DNA from: an uncultured Gammaproteobacteria bacterium
Lineage (GTDB): Bacteria; Patescibacteriota; Patescibacteriia; JACQRZ01
Assembly: GCA_964370875.1 (NCBI GenBank)
Contig: CAYJLM010000001.1
Location: 1-46,303, forward strand
DNA length: 46,303 nucleotides
Direction: 5' to 3'
Positions 1-9,185 of the stretch are shown piece by piece (the stretch's first letter is position 1; each line of letters starts with the position of its first letter). The notes below the pieces were generated by a model, which was given only the letters and a program-made list of their open reading frames with translations, did not search any database and had not been told where the DNA came from. The translations under genes were made by a program, and so were the position numbers.

Positions 1-55
1 CGAGAGCGTGGCAACTACCCGACTCCTGCCCGTCCGTTCTGCTAGTTGGCAATGA
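1..55. repeat. 55-bp terminal direct repeat, identical to 46249..46303; assembly overlap of a circular or terminally redundant genome
   Basis: Bases 1-55 (cgagagcgtggcaactaccc...gctagttggcaatga) are repeated exactly at 46249-46303. The unique length of 46248 is divisible by 3, and the junction-spanning ORF stays in frame. Confidence 0.95.
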
Positions 56-560
56 ACCGAATGCGATTGAGCCAAACGGCGCACCGATGTCACCTGCCGA
101 TGCAGCGACAAACGTCAAGGCAATACAGAGCCAATGCCCTGAAACAAAGCTGATTGTAGGGAACGTCTCTGCCGACGATTGGAGCGTTGTTGGGGGATAC
201 GGTTCGGGGTACGCATGGCTACGCGCGTTCCTGCGGGCTTACCCGGCTTATAACGGGACAATCGGCCTCCACTGTTATACTCAGCACAGCGCCCAATGGT
301 GCATCAGCCAACTGGGTAGTATGAGACGACTGTACAAAGGTGAGATGTACGTCACCGAGTTTGGCGTGTTGTCGCAAGACGGGCCGCAGATGAAGCGGCT
401 ACTCACCTATATTGGCAAGAACTTCTCGGGCGCGTGGGTTTATACCAATCGTCAACCTGCATCGGCCTACGAACAAGGCTGGGCCTTACAGGGGGCAGAC
501 CTGATAACCCCCAACGGGCTAACGCCTGCGGGGGCGGTGTTTGCGGAGTGGAGGCCGTGA
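3..560 (+). CDS. Secreted glycoside hydrolase, clan GH-A / Glyco_hydro_cc (GH128-like), C-terminal part; continues from 46059..46303 across the junction
   Basis: The frame is open from the window edge and in phase with 46059..46303. It has LLVGNEPN (Glu codon 54-56) and MYVTEFG (Glu codon 357-359), the acid/base plus nucleophile pattern of clan GH-A. The YYNW..IPM..NEP..HCY..TEFG layout recalls Pfam PF11790. By-eye call. Confidence 0.8.
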   Translation, partial: RAWQLPDSCPSVLLVGNEPNAIEPNGAPMSPADAATNVKAIQSQCPETKLIVGNVSADDWSVVGGYGSGYAWLRAFLRAYPAYNGTIGLHCYTQHSAQWCISQLGSMRRLYKGEMYVTEFGVLSQDGPQMKRLLTYIGKNFSGAWVYTNRQPASAYEQGWALQGADLITPNGLTPAGAVFAEWRP

Positions 561-1327
561 TGTTATTGCCCGGCTTACGTCCAAAGTTGAATTTGAGCCT
601 ATCGCTGGGTGCGTCCGGGTTTACTCCGGCTCGGCTGGCATTGTGGGCCTGGTATGACTTCTCGGATACGTCTACGCTCTTTCAGGATGAGTCGGATACG
701 CCCGTTACGGCTGAAAGTGATCCGGTTGGCGGATTTCTTGATTTGAGCGGAAACGAACGGCACGCGTCGCGGGTAACAGATGACACTCACCGGGCGCTCT
801 ATAAGCTCAATCAAATCAATGGTTGGGACGGGTTGTTATTCGATGGTAGCAATGATGCGTATGTATTGCCGGAGGATGTCTTTCCGGCCACCTGGACGGC
901 CTTTGCGGTGGGGACGGTAACCGGCGCGGGCTTGCGGCACATGATTAACTTTGACGGTGCGACTCGCATTGCCCAGGTCTTGAGCAGCACGGCCACCAAT
1001 ACCCTGCGAACGATTGGCTTCAATACTGCCGGGACGCCCTTCACGGACACCGCCCCGATTACCGCCGGAGTACCGCATGTGTTTACAAGTGTTCGCACAG
1101 CCTCTAGTGTGGAGGGCTTTGTGGACGGGGTAAGCAACGGCGGGGTAGCCAGCACCGGCACAAATCAGAGCGGCACATTGGCTGGGTATATTGGCTCGAA
1201 TGTGGGCGGCGGGGCGGAGTTTTTCAGTGGGCCGCTGGGTGAGATTATCATTTGCTCGTCTGACTTATCCGCCGCCGACCGGACGTCAGTTGAAACCTAT
1301 TTGCGGCAGAAATGGGGTATTAGCTAA
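560..1327 (+). CDS. LamG (concanavalin-A-like lectin) domain protein
   Basis: The ATG at 560 overlaps the upstream stop (TGATG); the track's start at 434 lies inside the upstream gene. Motifs: LWAWYDFSD, DLSGNERHA, LLFDGSNDAYV, FFSGPLGEIIICSSDLSAADRTSVETYL, typical of Laminin_G_3. Confidence 0.7.
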   Translation: MLLPGLRPKLNLSLSLGASGFTPARLALWAWYDFSDTSTLFQDESDTPVTAESDPVGGFLDLSGNERHASRVTDDTHRALYKLNQINGWDGLLFDGSNDAYVLPEDVFPATWTAFAVGTVTGAGLRHMINFDGATRIAQVLSSTATNTLRTIGFNTAGTPFTDTAPITAGVPHVFTSVRTASSVEGFVDGVSNGGVASTGTNQSGTLAGYIGSNVGGGAEFFSGPLGEIIICSSDLSAADRTSVETYLRQKWGIS

Positions 1328-1872
1328 TGGCAATTCGAGGCGACTCATGGAGCAGCACCGCCGAAGTCAAGGCGTTTGTGCCGCATCTCGTCAATAGCAC
1401 CGGGACATTCTCGCCGGTCAGTCTGACGGTAACGCAAGTCGAGAAATTCATCGACCGCGTCTCGGCTGTGTTGAATGCGGCGCTGTGGCATGCAGGCCTC
1501 AATCCGGCCTCGGTCAAAGTCAATTCAACCGCCTCGCTCTCGTGTGATGATTTCGTCACCACGCGGGCGGTGGCGTACTGCGAACTCACCCAGCGCGGCG
1601 AGGGGTTTAGCGCCGAGGAAGGCAGCCGCTATGGCGCGTTTATGAACCTGACCGGGCTGGAAAAGGACGCCACTAAATTTGTCGGGCTATACGCGCTCGG
1701 CTTCAAGCGGATGGGTGTCAGTGTTGCCAATCCGGTGAGTCAAGGGCTGGCCTTTACGGGTCAATCGGCAAGGGCCGATAGAGCAGACCCGGATGACACC
1801 AGCCTGGAGCAGCCGTTTATCAGCCGTCATCAGTTTGACGACATTTCGATTAGCGAGGATGAGAGCAACTAA
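1327..1872 (+). CDS. Virion-module protein of unknown function (head-tail joining position)
   Basis: 181-aa ORF with TAATG overlap to the upstream gene. It sits between the LamG gene and the tail tube gene. Contains two N-S-T motifs (LVNSTGTF, KVNSTASL). Confidence 0.65.
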   Translation: MAIRGDSWSSTAEVKAFVPHLVNSTGTFSPVSLTVTQVEKFIDRVSAVLNAALWHAGLNPASVKVNSTASLSCDDFVTTRAVAYCELTQRGEGFSAEEGSRYGAFMNLTGLEKDATKFVGLYALGFKRMGVSVANPVSQGLAFTGQSARADRADPDDTSLEQPFISRHQFDDISISEDESN

Positions 1873-2321
1873 TGGGTACACCTGATTACAACGCCGGGGA
1901 AGTCTTGTTGGCGGCTGAAGTGCGGGCCGCAACCGGCTATAGCGCCGCCAATGTCTCGCAGGCCGATTGGTCTATCTTCAACAAGCAGGGCATAACCACC
2001 GGCGCGGTTATCTGGCAAGCACCCTCGACTCTGACACACGGCGCGGGCCGGACGGATGGGCACTGGGCGGCCAATGTTGAAATTAGGCATAAGTACGATA
2101 AGGACACGAATACCTACGCCAATTTGAAGAGCGACGTTAAGAATATCATCGCCCGGCTGGATTTGTACCCGCACATGCAGGATACAACCGGCACAATTAC
2201 CGATGCGAAGGTGATCGCGCTGGGGGCCATCCTGCAAATGCCGCCGGATGGGCCAAAGTGGTTGGGACAAATTCTAACCGTTACCTGGATTGAAGAGCAG
2301 CCCGTCACTATATTGGAATAG
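1872..2321 (+). CDS. Virion-module protein of unknown function (tail terminator/head-tail position)
   Basis: 149-aa ORF with TAATG overlap to the upstream gene, immediately upstream of the putative tail tube gene. Confidence 0.65.
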   Translation: MGTPDYNAGEVLLAAEVRAATGYSAANVSQADWSIFNKQGITTGAVIWQAPSTLTHGAGRTDGHWAANVEIRHKYDKDTNTYANLKSDVKNIIARLDLYPHMQDTTGTITDAKVIALGAILQMPPDGPKWLGQILTVTWIEEQPVTILE

Positions 2322-2363
2322 ACATCTTGAGCGCGCAAGAGATACAAACAAGAGGACTTATTC

Positions 2364-2777
2364 ATGGCAACCAAATCACACCGCGACATGGGCGTTCACA
2401 TCGACAATGCCTCAGCTTCCCTGACCGACATTTCGACCTATGTCAATCAGCAGGAATTAGCCCGCGCTATCGCCATGCTAGACGATAGCGGCATGGGGCA
2501 GGAAGAGACGACTTACCTGCCCGGCATGGGCGGTACAACCATCGGCCTGAATGGGCAGTGGAACACCACCACCGATGCCATCTATGGGCCGCTAGTGTCC
2601 GATAATACGGGCATCAGTAAGACGATTGCCTTCAAGTCCTATGCGACCCGTTTCTACAAGGGCGAAGTCTGGGTCAACAACTTCCGCCTGTCCGGCAGCC
2701 GTGACACGCTCCAGACGTGGAGCGCGGATCACACCTTCACCGGGGCTGTGACTCGAACGTCGGTAGTCGGTTCATAA
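2364..2777 (+). CDS. Putative major tail (tube) protein
   Basis: 137-aa ORF with its own SD (AAGAGGA). It lies directly upstream of the frameshifted chaperone pair and tape measure, the canonical siphovirus order. Call is by position only. Confidence 0.5.
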   Translation: MATKSHRDMGVHIDNASASLTDISTYVNQQELARAIAMLDDSGMGQEETTYLPGMGGTTIGLNGQWNTTTDAIYGPLVSDNTGISKTIAFKSYATRFYKGEVWVNNFRLSGSRDTLQTWSADHTFTGAVTRTSVVGS

Positions 2778-2798
2778 TCTTTCGATTGGAGCGCGACA

Positions 2799-3092
2799 AT
2801 GAAATACGATAACCCGGAATTGGGTGTCTCATTTACCATCCCCGACAAAATCACGGTTGGGGAACAGCTTGAGTATTTTTCGGCCCGCGAGTTTACCGAG
2901 CCGGAAGAGCGGTTAATTAGGTTGTGGGATGCGTCCAAAGTGCTGATAGCAGACTGGCAATGCAAGTTGATTCCCGATATGGATGAACTAAAGCTAGAAT
3001 CAACCGACCCGCAGATTACAAAGATTGTATTGTGGGTGATTGCCCGTTCCAGCAACCACATGGCGGGAATCCTATCCATCCCAAAAGGATAA
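2799..3092 (+). CDS. Tail assembly chaperone (gpG-like, short product)
   Basis: 97-aa ORF between the tube gene and the tape measure. It ends 3 codons after a CCCAAAA slippery heptamer and overlaps a -1 frame ORF. Confidence 0.75.
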   Translation: MKYDNPELGVSFTIPDKITVGEQLEYFSAREFTEPEERLIRLWDASKVLIADWQCKLIPDMDELKLESTDPQITKIVLWVIARSSNHMAGILSIPKG

Positions 3093-3379
3093 TCGCCCGC
3101 GTCGTGCAAGTGGTGGATAGCGGGCGGCTGGGGCTGAAGGAAGTTGAGCCGCCAGCGGAACTAAAACTTGGCTGGTACTGCGGTGACAATCATCTCCCGG
3201 ATGAAGGCGGCATCAACAAGCAGGATGCGGGCACGATGTTTCGGATGCGGGTTTGCCAGAATATCTATAACACCCTCAGCCGTTACCGCAATATGCGGGG
3301 CGAGGAAATTCACTCTCTGACCAACGACGAACGGATTGTTTTGCGAACCTTGAAAGACAATGGACTCTGGAGCGGCTAA
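2799..3379 (+). CDS. Tail assembly chaperone, -1 frameshift-extended product (gpGT-like); join 2799..3086,3086..3379
   Basis: The -1 frame ORF (track 3032..3379) reads ..PKRIIARVV.. directly from the slip site and ends at the tape-measure start (TAATG). Predicted fusion is ~193 aa. Confidence 0.7.
3080..3086 (+). promoter_or_regulatory. Programmed -1 ribosomal frameshift slippery heptamer C_CCA_AAA
   Basis: It fits X_XXY_YYZ in the zero frame (atc cca aaa gga taa), 1 codon before the stop of the short chaperone ORF. Confidence 0.75.
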
Positions 3380-4506
3380 TGGCTGATGTAAAGATTGAAG
3401 CAGTCGCGGAAGTGGACGATGCGGTACAGGGTATCAACAGCCTGGAGCAGGCCGCTGAAGATATTTCGCCCGCGATGAAGAAATGGAATGAAGAGGTTGC
3501 CAAGACTCAAAAGGCGCTGGATAAGCTCCGGGATGAAACCAAGTCGGTTTCCGGCGCGAAGCGGCAATTGACAAAGGACATCAAGGACGCCACCAGAGCC
3601 AAGAAGGAAGCCGAACAGGCGACCCAGCGTCTACACAAGACCCTGAACATTTTGGGCCGGGTGGTGATGGCGGTGGTGGGCGGGTTTGCGCTGGCCTATA
3701 CCGCTCTCGTCAAATTCCGAGAGGAGGCTGTCAAGATTGGCCGGGCCGATGCGGCTCGCAATATTGACAAAATGACTGTCGCGGTAGACAACCTGAAACA
3801 GGTTTTATTATCCGTTCCTCTGTTTACCAGTCGTTCATTAGCGGATTGGTTCAACGAAGCTGCGATTGGCGCAACCAATCTAGCCAATACTCTGTCGGCT
3901 TTGTCAATTCAGAAGCGGGTACAGGAAATAGACGCCCAATTGAAGCGCATCAGCGAGACCGGGCAGGTCAAACAAGGACAGGGTTTCTTTGGCCCGGTGT
4001 TTGTGGATGCAGTGGAGGGCGAAACTGAAGCCCTGCAAAAAGAACGCGGAGAGTTAATCAAAATGGTGGAAGCGCTGGTAAAAGGTAAGGACGTAATTGA
4101 GGATGTGGTTATCGCCGGAAAGAAGTTGCAGCAGGGTAATACTCGCACCGGCGAAAGCCTGACCGACCTCATCAACAAGCAAAAGAAACTGAACGACGAA
4201 CTCCGCGACCAGATGGCGCTGGAGGATGATACCATCCGGGCCGGGGACGCGCGGGCATTGGCGGCCCTGCAACGTGGCGGCGGCGGTGGGTCATTCGGGG
4301 CGGGCCTGCGGCCTCAATCGGGCGGCCTGGCAAATGGCGGCGGCGGGGCGGGCCAGCGGGGCGCACTCGGCAACATGGGGCAGGGTGGCCCAATCAATGT
4401 AACCGTTTATCTGGGTGACAGGCCCGTTAAGAATATCGTCAAGAAAACCATCGTGGATGACTGGTATAAGAAATCCAATCCGAAGCCGGGAGGCAAGAAG
4501 AAGTAA
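3379..4506 (+). CDS. Tape measure protein (short, 375 aa)
   Basis: Position after the chaperone pair. Coiled-coil-like charged N-terminal half, a hydrophobic segment (ILGRVVMAVVGGFALAYTALV) and a Gly-rich C-terminus (GGGGGSFGAG..GGGGAGQRG). Confidence 0.65.
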   Translation: MADVKIEAVAEVDDAVQGINSLEQAAEDISPAMKKWNEEVAKTQKALDKLRDETKSVSGAKRQLTKDIKDATRAKKEAEQATQRLHKTLNILGRVVMAVVGGFALAYTALVKFREEAVKIGRADAARNIDKMTVAVDNLKQVLLSVPLFTSRSLADWFNEAAIGATNLANTLSALSIQKRVQEIDAQLKRISETGQVKQGQGFFGPVFVDAVEGETEALQKERGELIKMVEALVKGKDVIEDVVIAGKKLQQGNTRTGESLTDLINKQKKLNDELRDQMALEDDTIRAGDARALAALQRGGGGGSFGAGLRPQSGGLANGGGGAGQRGALGNMGQGGPINVTVYLGDRPVKNIVKKTIVDDWYKKSNPKPGGKKK

Positions 4507-4913
4507 TGGCCTCGACCACCTTCCAGCTTTCTTCGGTTGCGGCCACCGACCCGATTACTCTCGCCTGGAATGCGATTGATTACCCAATCGTCTCGCATCT
4601 TGGACTATATTTGAACGTCCGGTTTCGGCGGGCGGTTCTGTATTTTCCAGTGTTGACCTCGGCCCAATACGCACAATGGATGGCTTACTGCGACAACAAT
4701 ACCTCGCCATTGCCCTACATGCCGCGCCGGACGGACGGAACTTACATTCTGTCGCCGGAAATATTTAGTGTGACGACCAGTGAACTGGCGTTTGATATTC
4801 GCTATCGTCTGCATTTTTTGGGCAGCCAGCACGGGGAGCGAGACCGCATCCATGACACCCGGATACTGGCCTACATGGTGCGCGTGGATACTCTGCAAGG
4901 CGGCGGCGGATGA
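4506..4913 (+). CDS. Tail component (distal-tail-protein position)
   Basis: 135-aa ORF with TAATG overlap to the tape measure and ATGA overlap to the next gene. Confidence 0.6.
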   Translation: MASTTFQLSSVAATDPITLAWNAIDYPIVSHLGLYLNVRFRRAVLYFPVLTSAQYAQWMAYCDNNTSPLPYMPRRTDGTYILSPEIFSVTTSELAFDIRYRLHFLGSQHGERDRIHDTRILAYMVRVDTLQGGGG

Positions 4914-7111
4914 CCTCATTTCAGATTGACGGCTCGGACGTAAAAAATCCTGCGAACTTCGCCTACGAGGAACGCTACAGCCCATTCGAGAATGCCAACG
5001 GGTTTATGAACGTGTCGGCCTTCCGCGCGGCAATGGCGACGTTCAATATTTTGACGACTGCCGCCGACCAGCTTCAAGCCTGGATGGCCGCCGATGACGG
5101 GGCCAGCCATAGTATCAAATGCCCCGCGCCCGACTCGAACACCTATACGACCTACAGCAACGTCCGAATTAAATATGTTGACTCGGAAATCTCACAGAGC
5201 CAGAACGGGGCGGTGCGTTTCTACCGGGTGACATTCCGGGTCAGCCATATCTCAACCGATAGCCTCCCGGCCTTTGGGGCACAGGCCAGTGCGACCTCGT
5301 TCACCGTTCAGACCATGCACTACACCCAGCCGCAGGCGGTGATTGGAATGGGGCTGGCGGTACATATTCCGGCGACCATCTGGGGCGGAACTGTCACCGA
5401 CCCAACCTATCCGGCGGATGGAACGGGCGTGGGAACGTTGACCGTGACCGCTACCTCTTCCGGGGCTTACACCGCCCTGATGGAAGGGATGACGGTCAAG
5501 CTGACGAATGCCGCCGGGACAGCCAGCTATTGGACGTATGCGCGCAAGGCCTCGGGGGCCAACAATGTCCTGTATATTGACGGGCTGGGTAAAAATACCC
5601 TGTCGGACGTGGCGACCTTCATCGTCTATGCTGAATTTCTACCCTGGCCGCGCCGCCATCGCTATAGCTCCCCCGATTGGCTGGTGAATTTTGACGAGAC
5701 CTTTGCTAACCAGACCGAGGCGCTAGGGCCGCAGGCGATTGTCACGGGTGATAGTATTTTCTACGTGGACGGTTCGGTCACATTCAACTTTTTCGGCTCT
5801 GGCTCTCGCAGTTGGACGCCGGGTGAGACGATTGCCTCCTACGCCTGGGTTTTCCCGGACGGCACAACCTCCAGCAGCGCCGACCCGACCTGGGCCACCA
5901 GCACGGCCTACAGTAGCGGGGCCTATACTCATTTGACGGTGACCGACACGGACGGCCAGACTCATACTCGCCATTGGTTGATTTTCAAGTTCGATTCAAC
6001 CCACCCGCCGAAGCGGGATTTTGAAGTAACAACCCTCGGCGGCGAATGGGGCGGCGGCTGGCGCTGTGAACTGCAAAGCCCGAATACCAATCTGGGGTCA
6101 ACCTACGGCAGCGCCGCCAATCATGTGATTCTATTCGGGCAGACGGCTTACGGGTCAACGGTGGTGGACGTGGGCGGCAACATTGCCTACCGCTGGAACG
6201 TCTGGATTGACGGCTACGTAACCGCCTCCAGTGTGGAGTACAGCGCCGATCACTATCTCTATACCTACACCATCGAAACGATTGACGCGCTTTTGAATAG
6301 CCTCGACTCATTCCCGCTGTCGATGGATGACACGGCCAGCGCCAGCCCGGCCACCTGGCTCGAAATGAATCCCTGTACGCTTGATAACATCATGATTCAT
6401 TGTTGCCGCTGGCGTACAACTCTGATGGACGTTGCGAACATCTATTTACCCGAAACGACCGCAACGGGCCGGGCTAAAAAGTTCATGGACTTGTCACCCG
6501 GTACAATCTGGGAGCAACTCAAGCAGATTTATTCGTGGATTGTGGGCGGGACGGTTTCGGTGGATTGGCATGGGCAGGTCTGGGCCGAACAGGATGCGCT
6601 GATTAATTCCACCATCACCCCAACGGCCTCGGCGGTGCTGTATGAAACCCCGACAACTATCCTCCGCCCTTATTTGCAGGGGAGTCGCCCAGCCAAGTTT
6701 GTCCTGCCGGTCTCAAAGGTGACGTTGTACGGGGTGGATTATGCCACGCCCATCGGCAGCCGCGCGCCGGATGACCCCATCATGCACGGCGGGCGCAAGC
6801 ACGAAATTCCGGCGGGCTTGCATATGACCCAGACCGAGGCGAACTCGTGGGCGCGATATTTGCGCGACAAACTCAACAACACCGAAACGGCCCGCCAATA
6901 TCCGACCGTTGGCCTGATCCGGGTGGATTGTGCCCCGCAGAATAGCTTGAGCGTGGACGGCGGCACGTCCTACCCGCTGATTATCCGGGCCGTCTCGGTG
7001 GAATTTGATTCGGAGAATGGCATGGCCTTTTATTCGTATGAGTGCGAACGCTACCCGATCCTGCCTTCTGGCGTGGTAGGTGTGGCAGTGGATTTCTTTA
7101 CCATCCCATGA
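4910..7111 (+). CDS. Large tail tip / host-specificity-type protein with PKD-like domain
   Basis: 733-aa ORF after the tape measure and Dit position. An internal PKD-like segment, SYAWVFPDGTTSSSADPTW..GAYTHLTVTDTDGQT, lies at ~5830-5990. Confidence 0.7.
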   Translation: MTSFQIDGSDVKNPANFAYEERYSPFENANGFMNVSAFRAAMATFNILTTAADQLQAWMAADDGASHSIKCPAPDSNTYTTYSNVRIKYVDSEISQSQNGAVRFYRVTFRVSHISTDSLPAFGAQASATSFTVQTMHYTQPQAVIGMGLAVHIPATIWGGTVTDPTYPADGTGVGTLTVTATSSGAYTALMEGMTVKLTNAAGTASYWTYARKASGANNVLYIDGLGKNTLSDVATFIVYAEFLPWPRRHRYSSPDWLVNFDETFANQTEALGPQAIVTGDSIFYVDGSVTFNFFGSGSRSWTPGETIASYAWVFPDGTTSSSADPTWATSTAYSSGAYTHLTVTDTDGQTHTRHWLIFKFDSTHPPKRDFEVTTLGGEWGGGWRCELQSPNTNLGSTYGSAANHVILFGQTAYGSTVVDVGGNIAYRWNVWIDGYVTASSVEYSADHYLYTYTIETIDALLNSLDSFPLSMDDTASASPATWLEMNPCTLDNIMIHCCRWRTTLMDVANIYLPETTATGRAKKFMDLSPGTIWEQLKQIYSWIVGGTVSVDWHGQVWAEQDALINSTITPTASAVLYETPTTILRPYLQGSRPAKFVLPVSKVTLYGVDYATPIGSRAPDDPIMHGGRKHEIPAGLHMTQTEANSWARYLRDKLNNTETARQYPTVGLIRVDCAPQNSLSVDGGTSYPLIIRAVSVEFDSENGMAFYSYECERYPILPSGVVGVAVDFFTIP

Positions 7112-8010
7112 ACGATATCACCGACCGCGAATTTGAACTGGCCCGCCGCGATTACGAGGCCCAATTTGCCCAACAGCGGAGCGACGAACTCTGGTACACG
7201 GGCGATGTATCCGGGAATCTAAACGTCACCGGTGCGCCCGATATGATGTGGGTCAACGACGGCAATCGCACCCAGATGCGCGTCAAGCGCAATGCCATCT
7301 CCGGCCTGACTCCGGCGGGCACACCGATTTTCATCGGGGACGTGGAAGGTTACAACAATAACGGCGTGCCCGAAATGAAGCGGGTAGCAACCGAGGCGAT
7401 TGACAACTACGCCGGGCAAACGTTCCTGACGGCCTACGTGGGCGCGGCGATGGCAATCGCTTACGCCGGGACAGATGGCAACATCACCAGCGACGGCGCG
7501 TTCTTTTACTACGATGCCAGCCAGCGCGGGATTGTCAGCAAGAGCAACGCGGGCGGCCCCTCGCTCAATTTTGACGGGTACAGCGACACCCTGACGAATA
7601 ACCCGTTCTTTCTGGGCCGGGCAGCGGGCGGAACAAAGGATGCACCGACGCAAGCCCTAACCGGAAAAAACCTGATGCGCTTCTCTGCCGCCGGATATGG
7701 CGCAACCGGATTTTCAGGCAGCACCGGGCGGCTGGACTTCACGGCCACCGAGGATCACACTGATGCCAATCACGGCACGGAGATAAACCTCTGGAGTACA
7801 CCAAAACTGTCCGCAACGGCCGTCAAGCGCGCAACGCTACAGGATGACGGGCTATTCCGAATGGCCTTCGGTGGGGCAATCAATCGCAATCAGGCCAGCG
7901 GTGATATAACCATCCCGGATGGGTATAGCATGGTAGTCTCGGGTTATTACACTTTGGCGGCGGGGGCGGCGCTCACATTGGCGGGTGACGCAGAATTGAG
8001 GATAGTCTAA
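7108..8010 (+). CDS. Putative tail fibre protein
   Basis: The ATG at 7108 (MNDITDREF..) overlaps the upstream stop (ATGA); the track's start at 7042 lies inside the upstream gene. Gly/Ala/Thr-rich 300-aa protein at the end of the tail module. Confidence 0.6.
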   Translation: MNDITDREFELARRDYEAQFAQQRSDELWYTGDVSGNLNVTGAPDMMWVNDGNRTQMRVKRNAISGLTPAGTPIFIGDVEGYNNNGVPEMKRVATEAIDNYAGQTFLTAYVGAAMAIAYAGTDGNITSDGAFFYYDASQRGIVSKSNAGGPSLNFDGYSDTLTNNPFFLGRAAGGTKDAPTQALTGKNLMRFSAAGYGATGFSGSTGRLDFTATEDHTDANHGTEINLWSTPKLSATAVKRATLQDDGLFRMAFGGAINRNQASGDITIPDGYSMVVSGYYTLAAGAALTLAGDAELRIV

Positions 8011-8522
8011 TGGCAGGTAATGGGTTTACATTTGCGGTCAATAGCACGGCCCAGGATGCGCGGGCGGGCGGAACGATTGAGGGCGGTGTCATCACAACCG
8101 ATGTCGGCAATGTCGGCAGCGGTGAGGATAACCTGATGACCTTCACCCTGGCGGCCAGTGCATTGGCTGTCAACGGGGACAGGCTGGAAATTGAAGCGGC
8201 CTTTACGACTGCCGCCAATGGCAACAACAAGACCGTTAAGTTTTATTTTGGGTCGCAGGCTTACACGACCGGGGCATTGGCCCTGAATGCGGCTAAACTG
8301 GTAGTGCGGGCGACGGTGATTCGGACGGGGGCGGCTACTCAAAAAGTGATTGTGACAGTAGCTGGGAGCGACATACTGGTAACAACGGCTTTACTGGCGA
8401 CCTTTGCCGACCTGACCGAAACCCTCTCGAATGCCACCACCATCAAGTTTACCGGCGAGGCCACCAGCGACAATGACATTGTACAAGAGGCGATGGTGAT
8501 TAAGTTCTACCCGTTTGTGTAG
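8010..8522 (+). CDS. Tail-fibre-associated protein of unknown function
   Basis: 170-aa ORF with TAATG overlap. Beta-rich Ala/Thr/Gly composition. It is the last gene of the late block. Confidence 0.6.
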   Translation: MAGNGFTFAVNSTAQDARAGGTIEGGVITTDVGNVGSGEDNLMTFTLAASALAVNGDRLEIEAAFTTAANGNNKTVKFYFGSQAYTTGALALNAAKLVVRATVIRTGAATQKVIVTVAGSDILVTTALLATFADLTETLSNATTIKFTGEATSDNDIVQEAMVIKFYPFV

Positions 8523-9076
8523 CGGGGCGTTCGCTTCTTCCCCAGCCTGGCCCGCTCTGCGTCCAACATCTCGGCTATCCGCTTTACGCAGTCTATGTCG
8601 TCATCCTGCTCGGCGCTATTCAGGGCTTCAAGGGAACGCTCGTACTCATCTGCCAGCCAGTCGGCCAGGTTGAACGGCGGCGGCGTGTAGGGGTTAGCCT
8701 TATCGGATAGGAATTTGGAGTAATCTTCGGCGGTAGTCGTGTTGTCAATCTCGGCCTGCTCTAATGCGTCAATGATAACTTCGGTAGGCAGCCTATCCGC
8801 AAATCGCAGGGAACGGACGTAAAAAGTATAGGGTAAATCGTAATGGCGGGGCAGGGCGGCTCGTAGCTCGGCAACTTGCGCGTATTCCCGTACCGTCCTC
8901 TCACTCCGTTTGACGTAGCGATTCATCGCCATTTGACTAGCCCAGTTCGGCAAGTCTTCCTGTTTGGCCTGCCACGCCAATTCCGCCAACTCGAATCGCT
9001 TCTCTTCAATCGTCCCGCCAATCGATTCTATCTTGCGGTTATAGGTTTCCGGGGTGAGTTTGTCGCTAGTTTTCAT
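8507..9076 (-). CDS. Hypothetical protein (last gene of early block)
   Basis: Start chosen at MKTSDKL (ATG 9076) behind the SD GGAGAGAGA. The 3' end overlaps the 3' end of the convergent gene 8010..8522 by 16 nt. Confidence 0.55.
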   Translation of the reverse strand: MKTSDKLTPETYNRKIESIGGTIEEKRFELAELAWQAKQEDLPNWASQMAMNRYVKRSERTVREYAQVAELRAALPRHYDLPYTFYVRSLRFADRLPTEVIIDALEQAEIDNTTTAEDYSKFLSDKANPYTPPPFNLADWLADEYERSLEALNSAEQDDDIDCVKRIAEMLDAERARLGKKRTPRYTNG

Positions 9077-9185
9077 CGTCTCTCTCCACACTCCCCACCA
9101 CCGTCCCGATTGCCGACACACCGAGCCATGCGCCGAGGCAACAGCCGCAGCCGAACGAGGTGATGAGGGTGTATAGGTAGGTCAT
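9066..9185 (-). CDS. Possible 39-aa small membrane protein
   Basis: MTYLYTLITSFGCGCCLGAWLGVSAIGTVVGSVERDDEN. Its ATG overlaps the stop of the dam-like gene (ATGA). It is below the ORF-track size cutoff and fills an otherwise empty gap. Confidence 0.3.
   Translation of the reverse strand: MTYLYTLITSFGCGCCLGAWLGVSAIGTVVGSVERDDEN

Noticed and set aside
1-55. The 55-bp terminal repeat as a biological direct terminal repeat.
   Set aside because: It falls in the middle of a coding sequence whose frame continues seamlessly, and an exact fixed-length overlap is characteristic of assembly. True termini cannot be inferred from this sequence.
434-559. Upstream extensions of track ORFs that overlap the preceding gene: 434..559, 7042..7107, 39365..39385, 40636..40692, 42179..42247, 10653..10694, 11147..11215, 14576..14611 and 15362..15421.
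   Set aside because: In each case an internal ATG or GTG sits exactly at an ATGA/TAATG/GTGA junction with the upstream stop codon, often with an SD. The extension lies inside the neighbouring gene in another frame.
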